From NCBI GenBank assembly GCA_046538485.1, contig JBKHIT010000003.1, positions 107,871-171,870 on the forward strand: a DNA stretch of 64,000 nt, written 5' to 3'. The stretch is from Candidatus Brocadiia bacterium (lineage in GTDB: Bacteria; Planctomycetota; Brocadiia; SM23-32). The position numbers were made by a program, and so were the translations under genes. Shown here one piece after another: positions 54,300-63,805 of this stretch. Numbering within the stretch: position 1 is the stretch's first letter; each line of letters starts with the position of its first letter. The notes below the pieces were generated by a model. The model was not told the DNA's origin. It made no database searches and worked only from the letters and a program-made list of their open reading frames with translations.

Positions 54300-56648
54300 A
54301 TGTCTTCCCAGTCGACAGATGAAATACAGCTTAGCGGGCCAGAAAAAAAGTCGCCATTTCTTGTCGCGTTGAGGGGGAAGTCGTATTCGGCTTCGCGGTA
54401 TTGGGTTTTGCTGTCCGCCGTCGTTGCCTCCCTGTTGATTGTGCTGCCGGGTTGTACCTTTCTTGAAAAACAGTCAAAATTACCAGAAGTCGCGGAGCAA
54501 GAGCTGGTGATTACATGCATTGGCGACCCGCAATTCGTACCCGAGGGAGAGACCAAAGATTTCCGTTTTGTGGAGACGATGTCCCGTCTGGTGGACCAAA
54601 TCAATACAAAGATGCCGCGTTGCTCGTTTGTTGTACCTCTGGGCGATCTGGTGTGGCTCCGCTCCGAGCACCGTTACCCACATCCTGAACTCCGCAAAAA
54701 GGAAATTGACATTTATCACCGGGTCTTGAGCACGAAAATCGCCCCGCCAGTCTATACCATCCCCGGAGATCATGATCGTTTCAATTATCCGAAACAAATT
54801 AACGACCGGGCCGGCAACTATGCGATCATTAAGGACAATATTCTGTTTATAATGACGGGGATGAAGATCAAACTGACTCCGCAGAATGAACGTTACTGGA
54901 TCCGTTACCTTCTTCAGAAATATTCTGGTATGACGACGGTCATCTTTCGTCACCAGGGCATTTATAAAACCACGAAAGGCACGGACGGTAGAGGGTATCG
55001 TCACCAGACCGATTCCTCATGGTGGAGGGAACTGTTCGATAATAATCCACAGATCAAGCTGTACATTCATGGACACAACCACCAGGACAGTATTGTTGAG
55101 CAGGGGAATGTTACTTTTGTACAGTCAGGCGGGAGTTTTACAAAAAAGGCCATCCAGGTTTCGTTCCGGGAAAACGGATTCTTGGTGCGCCGTTGGGATA
55201 TTCCAAAAGGTCGGTTTGAAAAACGTTACTCTCGCCGCGTTGAAACTTCATATGATCCGGAAGCTACAAACTACTATCTGTATGGAGAACGAATTACTAA
55301 CGGAGAGGTGCCATCTGCCTGGCTGGGTGGGAAAGATTTTGTAAGCCGCAATTGCCTTTCGGATAAATCAGAAGTTGCTCTGGTTGGATTGGAAGAAGAG
55401 GCTCTACATCTGTGCAACGCCGACGGCAGATATTGGACCAAGGGTGAAGGAAAAGCTCCATGGGAACAGGTGATCTGGTTGCCTGCTGCCGGTGACTGGA
55501 AGAGCGCGGGACTCGTCCGATGGGAGAAAGTGGAGAAACCCTATACAGGCCTTCGGGTTGTGCGTGAGGCCGGACCGCCGTTCGACCAAATGTTGCTCTC
55601 GGGTAGTTCTAATAAGCAAACGTATGAGCTGTGGCGATTCTTCACGGCAGGACGGGGTGATGTGAATAAGCACTGTCGTTTTCCCCGGATTGTACCGGCG
55701 AATGTATACAATTTTGACGTGAGGATGAAAGCTGGCAGTGGCACCGCACCGGGCCGGATACGATTAATGGTTTCGGGTACGAGAACCAGCAAAGGATGGT
55801 GGTCTGAAGAAAAAGTGGTAGAGTTGAGCAAATCGTGGAAAACGTACCGCCTCCAGTTCCACCCGCCTGAAGATGCCGGAGGGCGCTTCAAATACTTCGT
55901 AATGCTCGACCGCTCGACACCCGAGGGCCACGTCGAAATTGATATCGATAGCTATGATGTTTATGTGGACCACCAGGGTAATCGAACAACCGACTTTTCA
56001 GTTGTCCTCGGAGGAAAAGAATACCGAGCTGACGGGACCCTGGGATTTTTTGAAGAAAAAGTTTTTGAACTCCCCCGGGATCACGGGACGTTGGAAAAAG
56101 TCAGCATCGGCGGTTTGAAGACGGGGATGTTTGTTATGAAACACAATGCCCCTGAAATCGATTTCCGTCACGGACGGGTCAGGCATACTTCGGGAAACAG
56201 TTTCCGTGAGCTCAAGCAGGTGACCCCGCAGAGCTCTCAGGCATTAATTACCCCTTTCTTTAATCGTCGGGAACTTTTGTGGGTTGAAGGGCGTTCCACC
56301 ACCGTCATGCCGGGTGCCAGAGGCCAGTTTGTCGCACACAAGCCGCAGAATAACTGGGAGGGAAGGTATATCTTCCTTCCGCTTACGGTATTGCCCGCGC
56401 GTGAAGCAGTGCGTGTTACACCTCTACGCGTTGAACAAAAACCGATGCTGCTGCAATTCCGGGTCGTTTCCGATAAGCAACAAAGCGTCCGTTTTGTTGT
56501 CAGTGGCATCAAATCGCCGGACCGTTACAGCGTCAGGGTCGATGGCGAAGAAATCGAAGAAGTGGATTTTAGCCCTGAGGGACAAATTAGTTTCAGTGGG
56601 CCAAGCGGAATGATGCCGCGAGTATATACCGTACGGGCTCAGTGGTAG
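54300..56648 (+). CDS. Putative lipoprotein with a calcineurin-like metallophosphoesterase domain and beta-rich C-terminal domains
   Basis: Hydrophobic stretch ending in LPGC lipobox; GDPQ, LGDL, PGDHD, FRHQ, IHGHNH motifs. Confidence 0.7.
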   Translation: MSSQSTDEIQLSGPEKKSPFLVALRGKSYSASRYWVLLSAVVASLLIVLPGCTFLEKQSKLPEVAEQELVITCIGDPQFVPEGETKDFRFVETMSRLVDQINTKMPRCSFVVPLGDLVWLRSEHRYPHPELRKKEIDIYHRVLSTKIAPPVYTIPGDHDRFNYPKQINDRAGNYAIIKDNILFIMTGMKIKLTPQNERYWIRYLLQKYSGMTTVIFRHQGIYKTTKGTDGRGYRHQTDSSWWRELFDNNPQIKLYIHGHNHQDSIVEQGNVTFVQSGGSFTKKAIQVSFRENGFLVRRWDIPKGRFEKRYSRRVETSYDPEATNYYLYGERITNGEVPSAWLGGKDFVSRNCLSDKSEVALVGLEEEALHLCNADGRYWTKGEGKAPWEQVIWLPAAGDWKSAGLVRWEKVEKPYTGLRVVREAGPPFDQMLLSGSSNKQTYELWRFFTAGRGDVNKHCRFPRIVPANVYNFDVRMKAGSGTAPGRIRLMVSGTRTSKGWWSEEKVVELSKSWKTYRLQFHPPEDAGGRFKYFVMLDRSTPEGHVEIDIDSYDVYVDHQGNRTTDFSVVLGGKEYRADGTLGFFEEKVFELPRDHGTLEKVSIGGLKTGMFVMKHNAPEIDFRHGRVRHTSGNSFRELKQVTPQSSQALITPFFNRRELLWVEGRSTTVMPGARGQFVAHKPQNNWEGRYIFLPLTVLPAREAVRVTPLRVEQKPMLLQFRVVSDKQQSVRFVVSGIKSPDRYSVRVDGEEIEEVDFSPEGQISFSGPSGMMPRVYTVRAQW

Positions 56649-57157
56649 AAAATTTGTTTCAGACAGCAGGAGGAGAAGGCTGATAGTTTATTTATGACCA
56701 ATTACCTGCACTGATGCAGATAGAAAAAATTATCGGGCCATTAGCGGCCTATGCTTTGATGCTCTCGCGCAGATCTCTGTGGCTTTCTTGAAGCGCTCAA
56801 GGGCTGATCTCCCTTCTACCAGAACCTGCAGGCATGGTGGCAGGGTGAGCGGTTGTATCTGTCCGCTCCGGCGGGGGGCGTGCCCTGGCAAAGTTGCTTT
56901 ACCCGGTTGACAGTGAGCCCTTGTTGCGTTACTCTTACAATCCTTGGAAGTAGTTGTTTTGAAGCATGATGCTGCGAATTTCCGTGCTCGCTATTTAACA
57001 TGTGGCGTTGTTTTATGTTGTCGCCTATGGGTGGCAAATTAATATTTTCCGGTGAGGGTGCAGGCTGTATCGCGGTTCTATTTTGCCTTATTACAGATAC
57101 TGCAAAACGTTCGCGTGTGGTTTTTACTTTCGTCTCAGGAAATACCCTTTGGGAACG

Positions 57158-57442
57158 ATGCTCGAAGATCAGATAGAAGATGTAGTTCCTGCTGATTCCC
57201 AGACGGGCGGTGATATTGAAATCACCCAGGATGAAAACGAAAAACGGGCTTTTTTAGGTTCGGTTAAGCGCATTATTTGTATGAGCTGCAGCGTGTCGGG
57301 TGTGTTTTTTATCTTGCTTGGTGGTCTGTTTGTTTTGATCGAGGATTGGCCCGGTACCTTGATGGCTTACGTTTCCACTTTGCTTGGCTGTTTCTGCATT
57401 CTTGGGGCGTTCGGGGCAACCGGCATAGGCGAAGAAACGTAA
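57158..57442 (+). CDS. Small hypothetical membrane protein (two TM helices)
   Basis: Acidic N-terminus and two hydrophobic segments; followed by a terminator; start uncertain. Confidence 0.45.
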   Translation: MLEDQIEDVVPADSQTGGDIEITQDENEKRAFLGSVKRIICMSCSVSGVFFILLGGLFVLIEDWPGTLMAYVSTLLGCFCILGAFGATGIGEET

Positions 57443-57463
57443 AGTAGTTTTCTGATCAGTCTC

Positions 57464-57497
57464 AATCTCCGACTTTCTGCCGGAGATTTTTCTTTTT
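57464..57497 (+). terminator. Rho-independent terminator
   Basis: AATCTCCG-9 nt-CGGAGATT followed by TTTCTTTTT. Confidence 0.6.
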
Positions 57498-59056
57498 CAT
57501 CCCTCACTCAGGTAGGATTTGAGTGTGTTAACGGCTATCCCGAGCGCTTCAGCCGCGCGTGTTTTGTTCCCTTCGTGCAAATCCAGCGCACGGTGTGCAT
57601 ATTCATTCCTTATCTCGCGTATGGGGCGAATTTGCTCGACCGATGAAGGTCTGAAAGTTGTATGTGAGTCACTACTCTCAATACGGGGAAGATTGACCTC
57701 CTGCTGAAGTGCTTCCGTTAAAGATATGTCAAGATAAATCCAGCGTTTCAGGATCTTGATCAGCTGGCGAACATTTCCCGGCCAATCGTAATCCATCAAA
57801 AGGCTTTTTTCTTCGGGCGACAACGCAGCCTGCTTGCCTTCGAGATTTTCGAGGGCATGATCTGCAATGACCGGTATATCTTCAGCATGTTCACGTAAAG
57901 GCGGAACGTGGATGCGAAGCGTGTCAAGCCGATGATAGAGATCCGCTCGGAAATTATTTCTCCGGATGAGCTCGGCAAGGTCCCGGTTGGTGGCCGCAAC
58001 GACCCGGACATCGACTTTTTGCTGAGAACGATCGGCGCCTTCGGGAGTTACACGGCCGTCTTCCAGAACGCGCAGAAGTTTGGTCTGTACCTCCAGCGGG
58101 AGTTCGCCAATTTCGTCCAGGAATAATGTGCCAGAATCCGACGCCACGAATGCGCCTTCACGATCATTCAAAGCGCCCGTGAATGCTCCCTTCATATGAC
58201 CGAAAAGCACGGAGTTGGCCAGACCAACGTTTCCGGTAAAAGTAGCACAGTTTACAGGAATCATGGGGCCCATGCTGCGTTCACTCCCTTCATGCACAAG
58301 GTGGGCGACGAATTCTTTTCCAACTCCCGATTCGCCCGTAATAAGAACATGTTCGTCGGTTCTTGCAGATTGCTTAATACGCCTGCGCAGTTTTCGCATC
58401 GCCTTGGAACGGCCTTTCAGAACGTGTTTCATCCCGTGCCGACGGAAGACCGCGACCAAATGCTCATCGTGCGTATCCCATTGTCCCGCCGCAAGCTTTC
58501 GTATGGCCTTTAGATATGCCTGTGTATCCTGGTATTTGAACCGCTGGCCGATGGACGCTTCGATGAAATCCATCCAAAAAGACTGTGTTTCGTCCGGGGA
58601 GTCAGAGGAAAAGGAGCGGATGATGTTCTGATCGTGAACGGCCAGACTGGCCAGCCGCCTGGCACGGGGATCTTCACAGATATCCATGAACCTCTGGACG
58701 GCTTCGGTATTCGTTCTACATTCCAGAAAAACAGGTCGGCAGATGTTTTCAAACTGATCATGCATCGGTTGCAGATAACCGCGTCCACAATACCAACGAA
58801 TTTCCACTCCTTTTTCGAGCAGGCGGTTAGCAGGCGCCGCGAGCTCCTCCCATGGACACCATACGCCAACTCCGCAGACGTGAAGTTGACTGGGGGGCAG
58901 GGGAACGTTGGCCAGAGCGGCGAATTGTTCGCCGACCCTGGCTGCACTTGTGACATAAATTTCCGCCTCAGGATAGCGGAGCAGCAAACTGGCTGCTGCA
59001 CAGGCTCCGTCGAGACCGTTGTAAGTGATTAAGGCAACATTATCTGAAGGGGGCAT
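57497..59056 (-). CDS. Sigma54-dependent enhancer-binding activator with an unusual DHH-like N-terminal domain
   Basis: GESGVGKE (Walker A), [14 protein letters not shown] (Walker B), [26 protein letters not shown], Fis [24 protein letters not shown]. Confidence 0.92.
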   Translation of the reverse strand: MPPSDNVALITYNGLDGACAAASLLLRYPEAEIYVTSAARVGEQFAALANVPLPPSQLHVCGVGVWCPWEELAAPANRLLEKGVEIRWYCGRGYLQPMHDQFENICRPVFLECRTNTEAVQRFMDICEDPRARRLASLAVHDQNIIRSFSSDSPDETQSFWMDFIEASIGQRFKYQDTQAYLKAIRKLAAGQWDTHDEHLVAVFRRHGMKHVLKGRSKAMRKLRRRIKQSARTDEHVLITGESGVGKEFVAHLVHEGSERSMGPMIPVNCATFTGNVGLANSVLFGHMKGAFTGALNDREGAFVASDSGTLFLDEIGELPLEVQTKLLRVLEDGRVTPEGADRSQQKVDVRVVAATNRDLAELIRRNNFRADLYHRLDTLRIHVPPLREHAEDIPVIADHALENLEGKQAALSPEEKSLLMDYDWPGNVRQLIKILKRWIYLDISLTEALQQEVNLPRIESSDSHTTFRPSSVEQIRPIREIRNEYAHRALDLHEGNKTRAAEALGIAVNTLKSYLSEG

Positions 59057-59116
59057 GAACCCTGTCTCCTTTCGATTTTCGCGATGCTTCTAATGATACA
59101 TGCAGGGGAAGGACAT

Positions 59117-59150
59117 ATCAAATAATGATCATGGGTTATTATAATTTGAT
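59117..59150. promoter_or_regulatory. Candidate enhancer (UAS) inverted repeat for the adjacent activator
   Basis: ATCAAAT (59117-59123) / ATTTGAT (59144-59150), about 150 bp upstream of the predicted sigma54 start. Confidence 0.45.
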
Positions 59151-59260
59151 GGGCATCAATGCTGCTTTCCCTATAAGCGAAAGTCGGTAATTTCTCCGCA
59201 GTTTCGTAAGACCTTTATATATAAGACGTTACAGCCCGCTACTATTTTAATGTATAGCTA

Positions 59261-59276
59261 TGGTACGCGAATTGCG
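59261..59276 (+). promoter_or_regulatory. Sigma54 (-24/-12) promoter
   Basis: TGGTACGCGAATTGCG matches TGGCAC-N5-TTGC with correct GG-N10-GC spacing; divergent from a GAFTGA activator. Confidence 0.8.
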
Positions 59277-59373
59277 AATTATCAGGTCGAATGGAACAAC
59301 GGTTTATAGATTTAACAGTAAGGCTTGAGCAATGAAGCAGTTCACGGTTTACGCCCGATGTGGTGAAAACAAC

Positions 59374-59579
59374 GAATTTGGTCCCGCTTACTCGGTAACG
59401 TTTACGGCAGGTCCGGTAATCACTTGTGCTCTGGAACCGGAGTGGGATGCGCGAGCGCGACGGATGGAGCGGGCACTCAACGGCGGCGGACAGGCAGATG
59501 ACCACGCCGTCGCGCCTTCGCCATCCCGGTACCGGCAAGTGGGGAATGCGGACCGGGGACAGCGAGTCGTGCTGGATTC
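59374..59579 (+). ncRNA. Candidate sigma54-driven rod-shaped structured RNA (overlaps an 88-aa ORF at 59332-59598)
   Basis: Eight nested stems read by eye (listed in findings); G-U pairs in the outer stem favour the + strand. Confidence 0.5.
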
Positions 59580-59758
59580 TCCGAAAGAAGGGAGGTGAAA
59601 AATTGTCCCGGGGAATGATGTTATGGAGCGGTGTACGTTTTGTCGCCTCGGTTCGTTTGCCGTTCTAATACCCCAAAAGAGTGGTTTTGTCGCGACTTCC
59701 CGGGTGAAGGGCAGATATTCGGTTATATCCGAAGGTGAAGAGACTCTGGTTGCCCTTC

Positions 59759-60667
59759 TCAGGACGTTATCCAGGATGCAGATTCGGGCAACAAACTCGC
59801 ACCGATGCTGAGGATGCCGGCTATCAGGTAAGCGCTACGGTAACGTTCTCGGAAAACGGTGACCGTGTGGGAGGACGAGGCTTTTTGCCGGGCTTGCACC
59901 CAAAAAATGCCGTAGAACCCCGCGGCGACGGCAAGAGGGAGGAAAGGAAGAGGGTTGATATGGCCGAGATGGGCTGCCAGGGCAATTGTGACGAGTGATA
60001 GGGCAATAGCGGCAACGCTGGCATCCAGAGCATGCCGCGGACAGGTCCTCGTGGACAGCGTGGAATGTCCGGCGGCTTTGTCGGCCGCGATATCAGCTGC
60101 CTGGTGAGTGAAGTGGCCAGCCAGAATGATCGCGCCGCCGAAAGTTGCCAGCAGAAGTTCCGCAGCCAGGGCGGCTCCCGCCGCACGGGCGCCAAGGCTC
60201 ACAAGAAGAAATCCGCCGCTGAAGTTACAGATATTCGACCATGGATAGCGTTTTTTTAAACGAAATGGCGGGACAGCGTATGCGGACCAGACGGCGGCCA
60301 GCAGGATAAATCGAAAGGGACAGGGCGTCGCAAACGCAAGTGCAGTGCCGACGAAAATGAGCGGGATAACCATTGCAAGCATATGCGAAGTCTGGATTGA
60401 GCCGCGGCTGACAGGAGTCTCCCGCAACGGGGAAGCCCGATCCATGGCGGCATCGGTGAGGTCGTTCAGAGCGGCAAGCCCGCTGCCAAGGAGGGCACAT
60501 GCGGCGCCAAGACGTAGCAGAACAAAAATGTAGGATTGTTCGAACGTTTTTGTCCCAGCGACCACACAGAAAGCCCATACGCAAAGCGCAGACATCCTCG
60601 CGACTTCATCGGGTCGAAGTGACACAAGAAAAGCGCGGAAATTATTCCTGTCGGCTTTGTTCAACAC
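59759..60667 (-). CDS. UbiA-family prenyltransferase
   Basis: NDLTDAAMDR first Asp-rich motif, YAVPPFRLK, QAADIAADKAAG second motif; multiple TM helices. Confidence 0.8.
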   Translation of the reverse strand: MLNKADRNNFRAFLVSLRPDEVARMSALCVWAFCVVAGTKTFEQSYIFVLLRLGAACALLGSGLAALNDLTDAAMDRASPLRETPVSRGSIQTSHMLAMVIPLIFVGTALAFATPCPFRFILLAAVWSAYAVPPFRLKKRYPWSNICNFSGGFLLVSLGARAAGAALAAELLLATFGGAIILAGHFTHQAADIAADKAAGHSTLSTRTCPRHALDASVAAIALSLVTIALAAHLGHINPLPFLPLAVAAGFYGIFWVQARQKASSSHTVTVFRERYRSAYLIAGILSIGASLLPESASWITS

Positions 60668-62477
60668 TTGTTACCTCTACGATGGGAGTGGCGAAACAAC
60701 TGGTGCCGACGAGTTGGCCTCGAATCCTGACCGGTTGCCCGGCTTGCGGCGGAGCACTGTTTTTCAGGGCCCCGGTTATCCGAATAAGACCTTCGCCAAA
60801 ACGGTTGAGTTTGCTGTCCCGGATCATGAGCCAGGCACTCCACCAGTTTTCCTCTCGGCTGCAGGGTATATCGCCCAGTTCTATGCCTGGCTCGGTTCGC
60901 CAGCCCTCCGCAGGGTAGTGGGCTATCCCTGCCCAGTCAATCTCCGTATCTTTCCACTGCGCTAAACTGCCTTTGTCGCGGGCTTGCCACAAGCGAACAT
61001 CGTCGTACGATATTCCAGAAGAGGGATTACTATCGGGACGAGGCAGTGGTTCGAACCGCGCCGAGCGAACCAACACCAGCGCGGTGAGACCGGTGGCGAC
61101 CAGAAAAACAATGAGTATGCCTCGGAAGATGCTCTTCTTATCCGGGGGCGGCTCGGGTTTTTTGAAGGAATCCTCGCCGAGGATCAACGCACTTATCCAG
61201 GTGATCATGATGGCGATCAGGATAGGGGCAATGATAAGTCGGTGGTGGACGAGCGGACTGGCCACGAGGTGGGCAGCTGTGTAGGCGGCAACGGGCCAGA
61301 AAAGCACCTTCCACCTGGTCCACCACCTGGCGGGCATGCCCGGGAGCTGCTTTCGAAAGATGCCCCAGAATGCAGTAACAGCCATCGTGACGTAAATCAG
61401 ACCTTCGAAATCGAGTAAGGGAAACCGGAGCGGTTTGTTTCCCACAAAAGCGACGTAAGCCCGGGGTTTGTAGAACCTGCTCGGCCAACGGGACACTTCG
61501 AACCATTTCACCAGACGCCATATCCCGCTCGCGAGGGCCGTGAAGGGTCGTTTGGAAAACTCTTTTCGGGCTCTTTTTAGGCCCTCAGCGTACATCTTGC
61601 GCTCGGTGGGTATCCCCGATTGAAACAGGGCGTCCTGAACTGGTTTTGCTCTCAGGTTGGGATCACCGGTTCCGAAAACGTAGAAATGCCATGCCGGGGC
61701 GGTGGTGATCAAAACGGGTTTACCGACGAGGCGGGACGACCGGACGATCCACGGGGTTACAACGAAGAGAGTCGGGAGTGCGAACAGGCAGGCGCGACGT
61801 ATTTTACCGTGCCATTTTCCCCCATTGGCGATGGGTATCACCGCGGCGATGATGCTTGCGAGGAAAGACGGGCGGATCAGCGCGCAGAGACCACCCGTGA
61901 TTCCCACGATGGCGCTACGAATCGGTGAGCTGGGCAGCCAGGCCAGGAACAGCAGAAAACTGTTGAGGAGAACTGTGGAAAGAACGGGATCGTGGTGAAA
62001 ATGGATCAGGGCGATGTTGGGTGCGTGCAGAGCCATGAATCCCGCTACGAGCAGGCCCAGTCGTGGCGCAAAGCCGACCTTTCTCACAATCAGGTAGATG
62101 AGGAGGATGTTAAAACTGCTCAGGAGGGCCTGGATAAGGCGTACGGTCGTAACGTTCCGTCCCAGGAGGGAATAAACACCGGCCAGGAATGCGGGATAGC
62201 CCGGCGGACGATGTGCCTGGCCGATGAAGCCGGCCGGGCATGAATGAAAAGAGCCGGATCTCAGCAGATTGCACGCGAACATATCGTAATCGACTTCATC
62301 CCAATAGACTTTTGTGCCGTAGGGGAGCGCCGGCGGGTAGCCTGCGATCGATATGCAACGCACAGCGAATCCGATTGCCCATATGAGGAAGAGCCAGCGT
62401 AGCGGCTGTCTTACGCGCCATTTTCTGAACCAGACAAGTGGATTCAAACTCTGCTCCCGGTAAGGAAAATTCTCCAT
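60642..62477 (-). CDS. GT-C (ArnT/PMT-like) integral membrane glycosyltransferase
   Basis: WDEVDY acidic motif after TM1, HRPPGYPAFLA, ALIRP, PWIVR; about 11-12 hydrophobic segments and a soluble C-terminal domain. Confidence 0.7.
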   Translation of the reverse strand: MENFPYREQSLNPLVWFRKWRVRQPLRWLFLIWAIGFAVRCISIAGYPPALPYGTKVYWDEVDYDMFACNLLRSGSFHSCPAGFIGQAHRPPGYPAFLAGVYSLLGRNVTTVRLIQALLSSFNILLIYLIVRKVGFAPRLGLLVAGFMALHAPNIALIHFHHDPVLSTVLLNSFLLFLAWLPSSPIRSAIVGITGGLCALIRPSFLASIIAAVIPIANGGKWHGKIRRACLFALPTLFVVTPWIVRSSRLVGKPVLITTAPAWHFYVFGTGDPNLRAKPVQDALFQSGIPTERKMYAEGLKRARKEFSKRPFTALASGIWRLVKWFEVSRWPSRFYKPRAYVAFVGNKPLRFPLLDFEGLIYVTMAVTAFWGIFRKQLPGMPARWWTRWKVLFWPVAAYTAAHLVASPLVHHRLIIAPILIAIMITWISALILGEDSFKKPEPPPDKKSIFRGILIVFLVATGLTALVLVRSARFEPLPRPDSNPSSGISYDDVRLWQARDKGSLAQWKDTEIDWAGIAHYPAEGWRTEPGIELGDIPCSREENWWSAWLMIRDSKLNRFGEGLIRITGALKNSAPPQAGQPVRIRGQLVGTSCFATPIVEVTSVEQSRQE

Positions 62478-63805
62478 GCGTTTTGCACGAGAAATCCCCA
62501 GTCCTGGGGTTCAGTTACCAACGCTGAGGCGATATCGAGAAGATGCTGGGGGTTCGTATAGAATCGGCGAAATGCTTCACGTCGTTTCGCGCGCAGCTGA
62601 TTCGATGTCCAATGAGGCGAGCTCATGTACGGTCCTGCCTCGTCATAGGTCGAGAGTTCATTGGGCGGGCGGAGTAGCTGTCCGTGTTCCCGTGCAAGTT
62701 CGTAGAGTCTTGTCCCGGGGAACGGAGTTGCTATAAAAAAATGAGCGTGGTGTGCCGGGAGACTGCACGCCATGCGGATTGTCGCATTCAAGTCGTCAAG
62801 GGTCTCGAACGGAAGCCCCATCATAAAATAAAGCGCTACGCGGACATTTCTTTCGCGCAGTGCTTCAACAGTTCCAAGCACCACGGACAGATCGATTTTT
62901 TTGCCCAGTTTGTCGACCACTTTTTGGCTTCCACTTTCCACGGACACACTGGCGGCATAAAGACCTGCTTTCACAAGCATGTCGAGCATCTCTTCTTCGC
63001 GGACGTCGGCGCGAATTCCATTTGGAAGGGCGAAACGCATCTTTTTCTGCAGGTTTCGCTCCAGAATTTCTTCGCAGAGCTGACATACTCTATCCGTATC
63101 GTAGGTGAAATGGTCGTCCCAGAAGTGGAACTCGCGAATCCCCCAGCGGTCAACGGCATTTTCCATTTCATCTACCACGTCGGTGATGGATCGGCGTCGG
63201 ACCTTATAGCCATGAAGAAATTTTGTGCAATTGATGCAGTTGAATGGACATCCACGGCTTGTCGTAATAGGGACAGCGGGTCTGTGCCCGGGGAAATAAT
63301 ATTTGTCCAGTTGAAAACTTTCCCAGGCCGGCCAGGGAACCGAATCAAGGTCCTGAATATGGGGGACGCGTTCTTCGCTGGCAGTGCGGAGCTTCTCCGG
63401 GCAGAACACGCCTTGTATGTTTTCAGGCGGTTCTCCGGCGGCGATCCGGCAGATCACGGGTTCTCCCTCGCCCACGACCACGGCGTCGAATCCGCATTCC
63501 AAAAGCGTACCGGGAATTGCCGATGCCTGTGGGCCACCCGCGATGAGTTTGAGTTCCGGATATAAATTTCTGATCTGTGCTATAAGTTCTGCAGTGCGGC
63601 TGACATTGGCTGCGTTGACCGTGACGCCGAGATGCCTTTCTCCTTCTTCGATAGCCTTTTTGATGGCTATCAGGGGGGAGTCCTCGATTTGGAGATCGAC
63701 GACGATAACCCGGTGCCCGGCGTCCGAGAGTGCTCCGGCAATATATCCGAGACTCAAAGAGGGGTATGTATACCAGTTATTCTCGCCCGTGTTGAGAAGA
63801 ATCAT
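62444..63805 (-). CDS. Cobalamin-binding radical SAM protein (class B type)
   Basis: PSLSLGYIAG, AGGPQAS, VVGEGE (B12-binding); TSRGCPFNCINC; DDHF, VESGSQ, PFPGTRLY. Confidence 0.9.
   Translation of the reverse strand: MILLNTGENNWYTYPSLSLGYIAGALSDAGHRVIVVDLQIEDSPLIAIKKAIEEGERHLGVTVNAANVSRTAELIAQIRNLYPELKLIAGGPQASAIPGTLLECGFDAVVVGEGEPVICRIAAGEPPENIQGVFCPEKLRTASEERVPHIQDLDSVPWPAWESFQLDKYYFPGHRPAVPITTSRGCPFNCINCTKFLHGYKVRRRSITDVVDEMENAVDRWGIREFHFWDDHFTYDTDRVCQLCEEILERNLQKKMRFALPNGIRADVREEEMLDMLVKAGLYAASVSVESGSQKVVDKLGKKIDLSVVLGTVEALRERNVRVALYFMMGLPFETLDDLNATIRMACSLPAHHAHFFIATPFPGTRLYELAREHGQLLRPPNELSTYDEAGPYMSSPHWTSNQLRAKRREAFRRFYTNPQHLLDIASALVTEPQDWGFLVQNAWRIFLTGSRV

Noticed and set aside
59261..59268. 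TGGTACGC matching the tRNA-Arg 3' end (53410-53417) as an att site
   Set aside because: Only 8 bp, lies on the 5' side of the tRNA, and is better explained as the sigma54 -24 box.
59332..59598. 88-aa ORF as a confident CDS
   Set aside because: No clear RBS or domain, and it overlaps extensive self-complementarity; kept only as the alternative to the ncRNA hypothesis.
62684..63565. 293-aa + strand ORF and similar antisense ORFs (23279-24055, 3261-4004)
   Set aside because: Antisense shadows of well-supported genes with no recognisable motifs.
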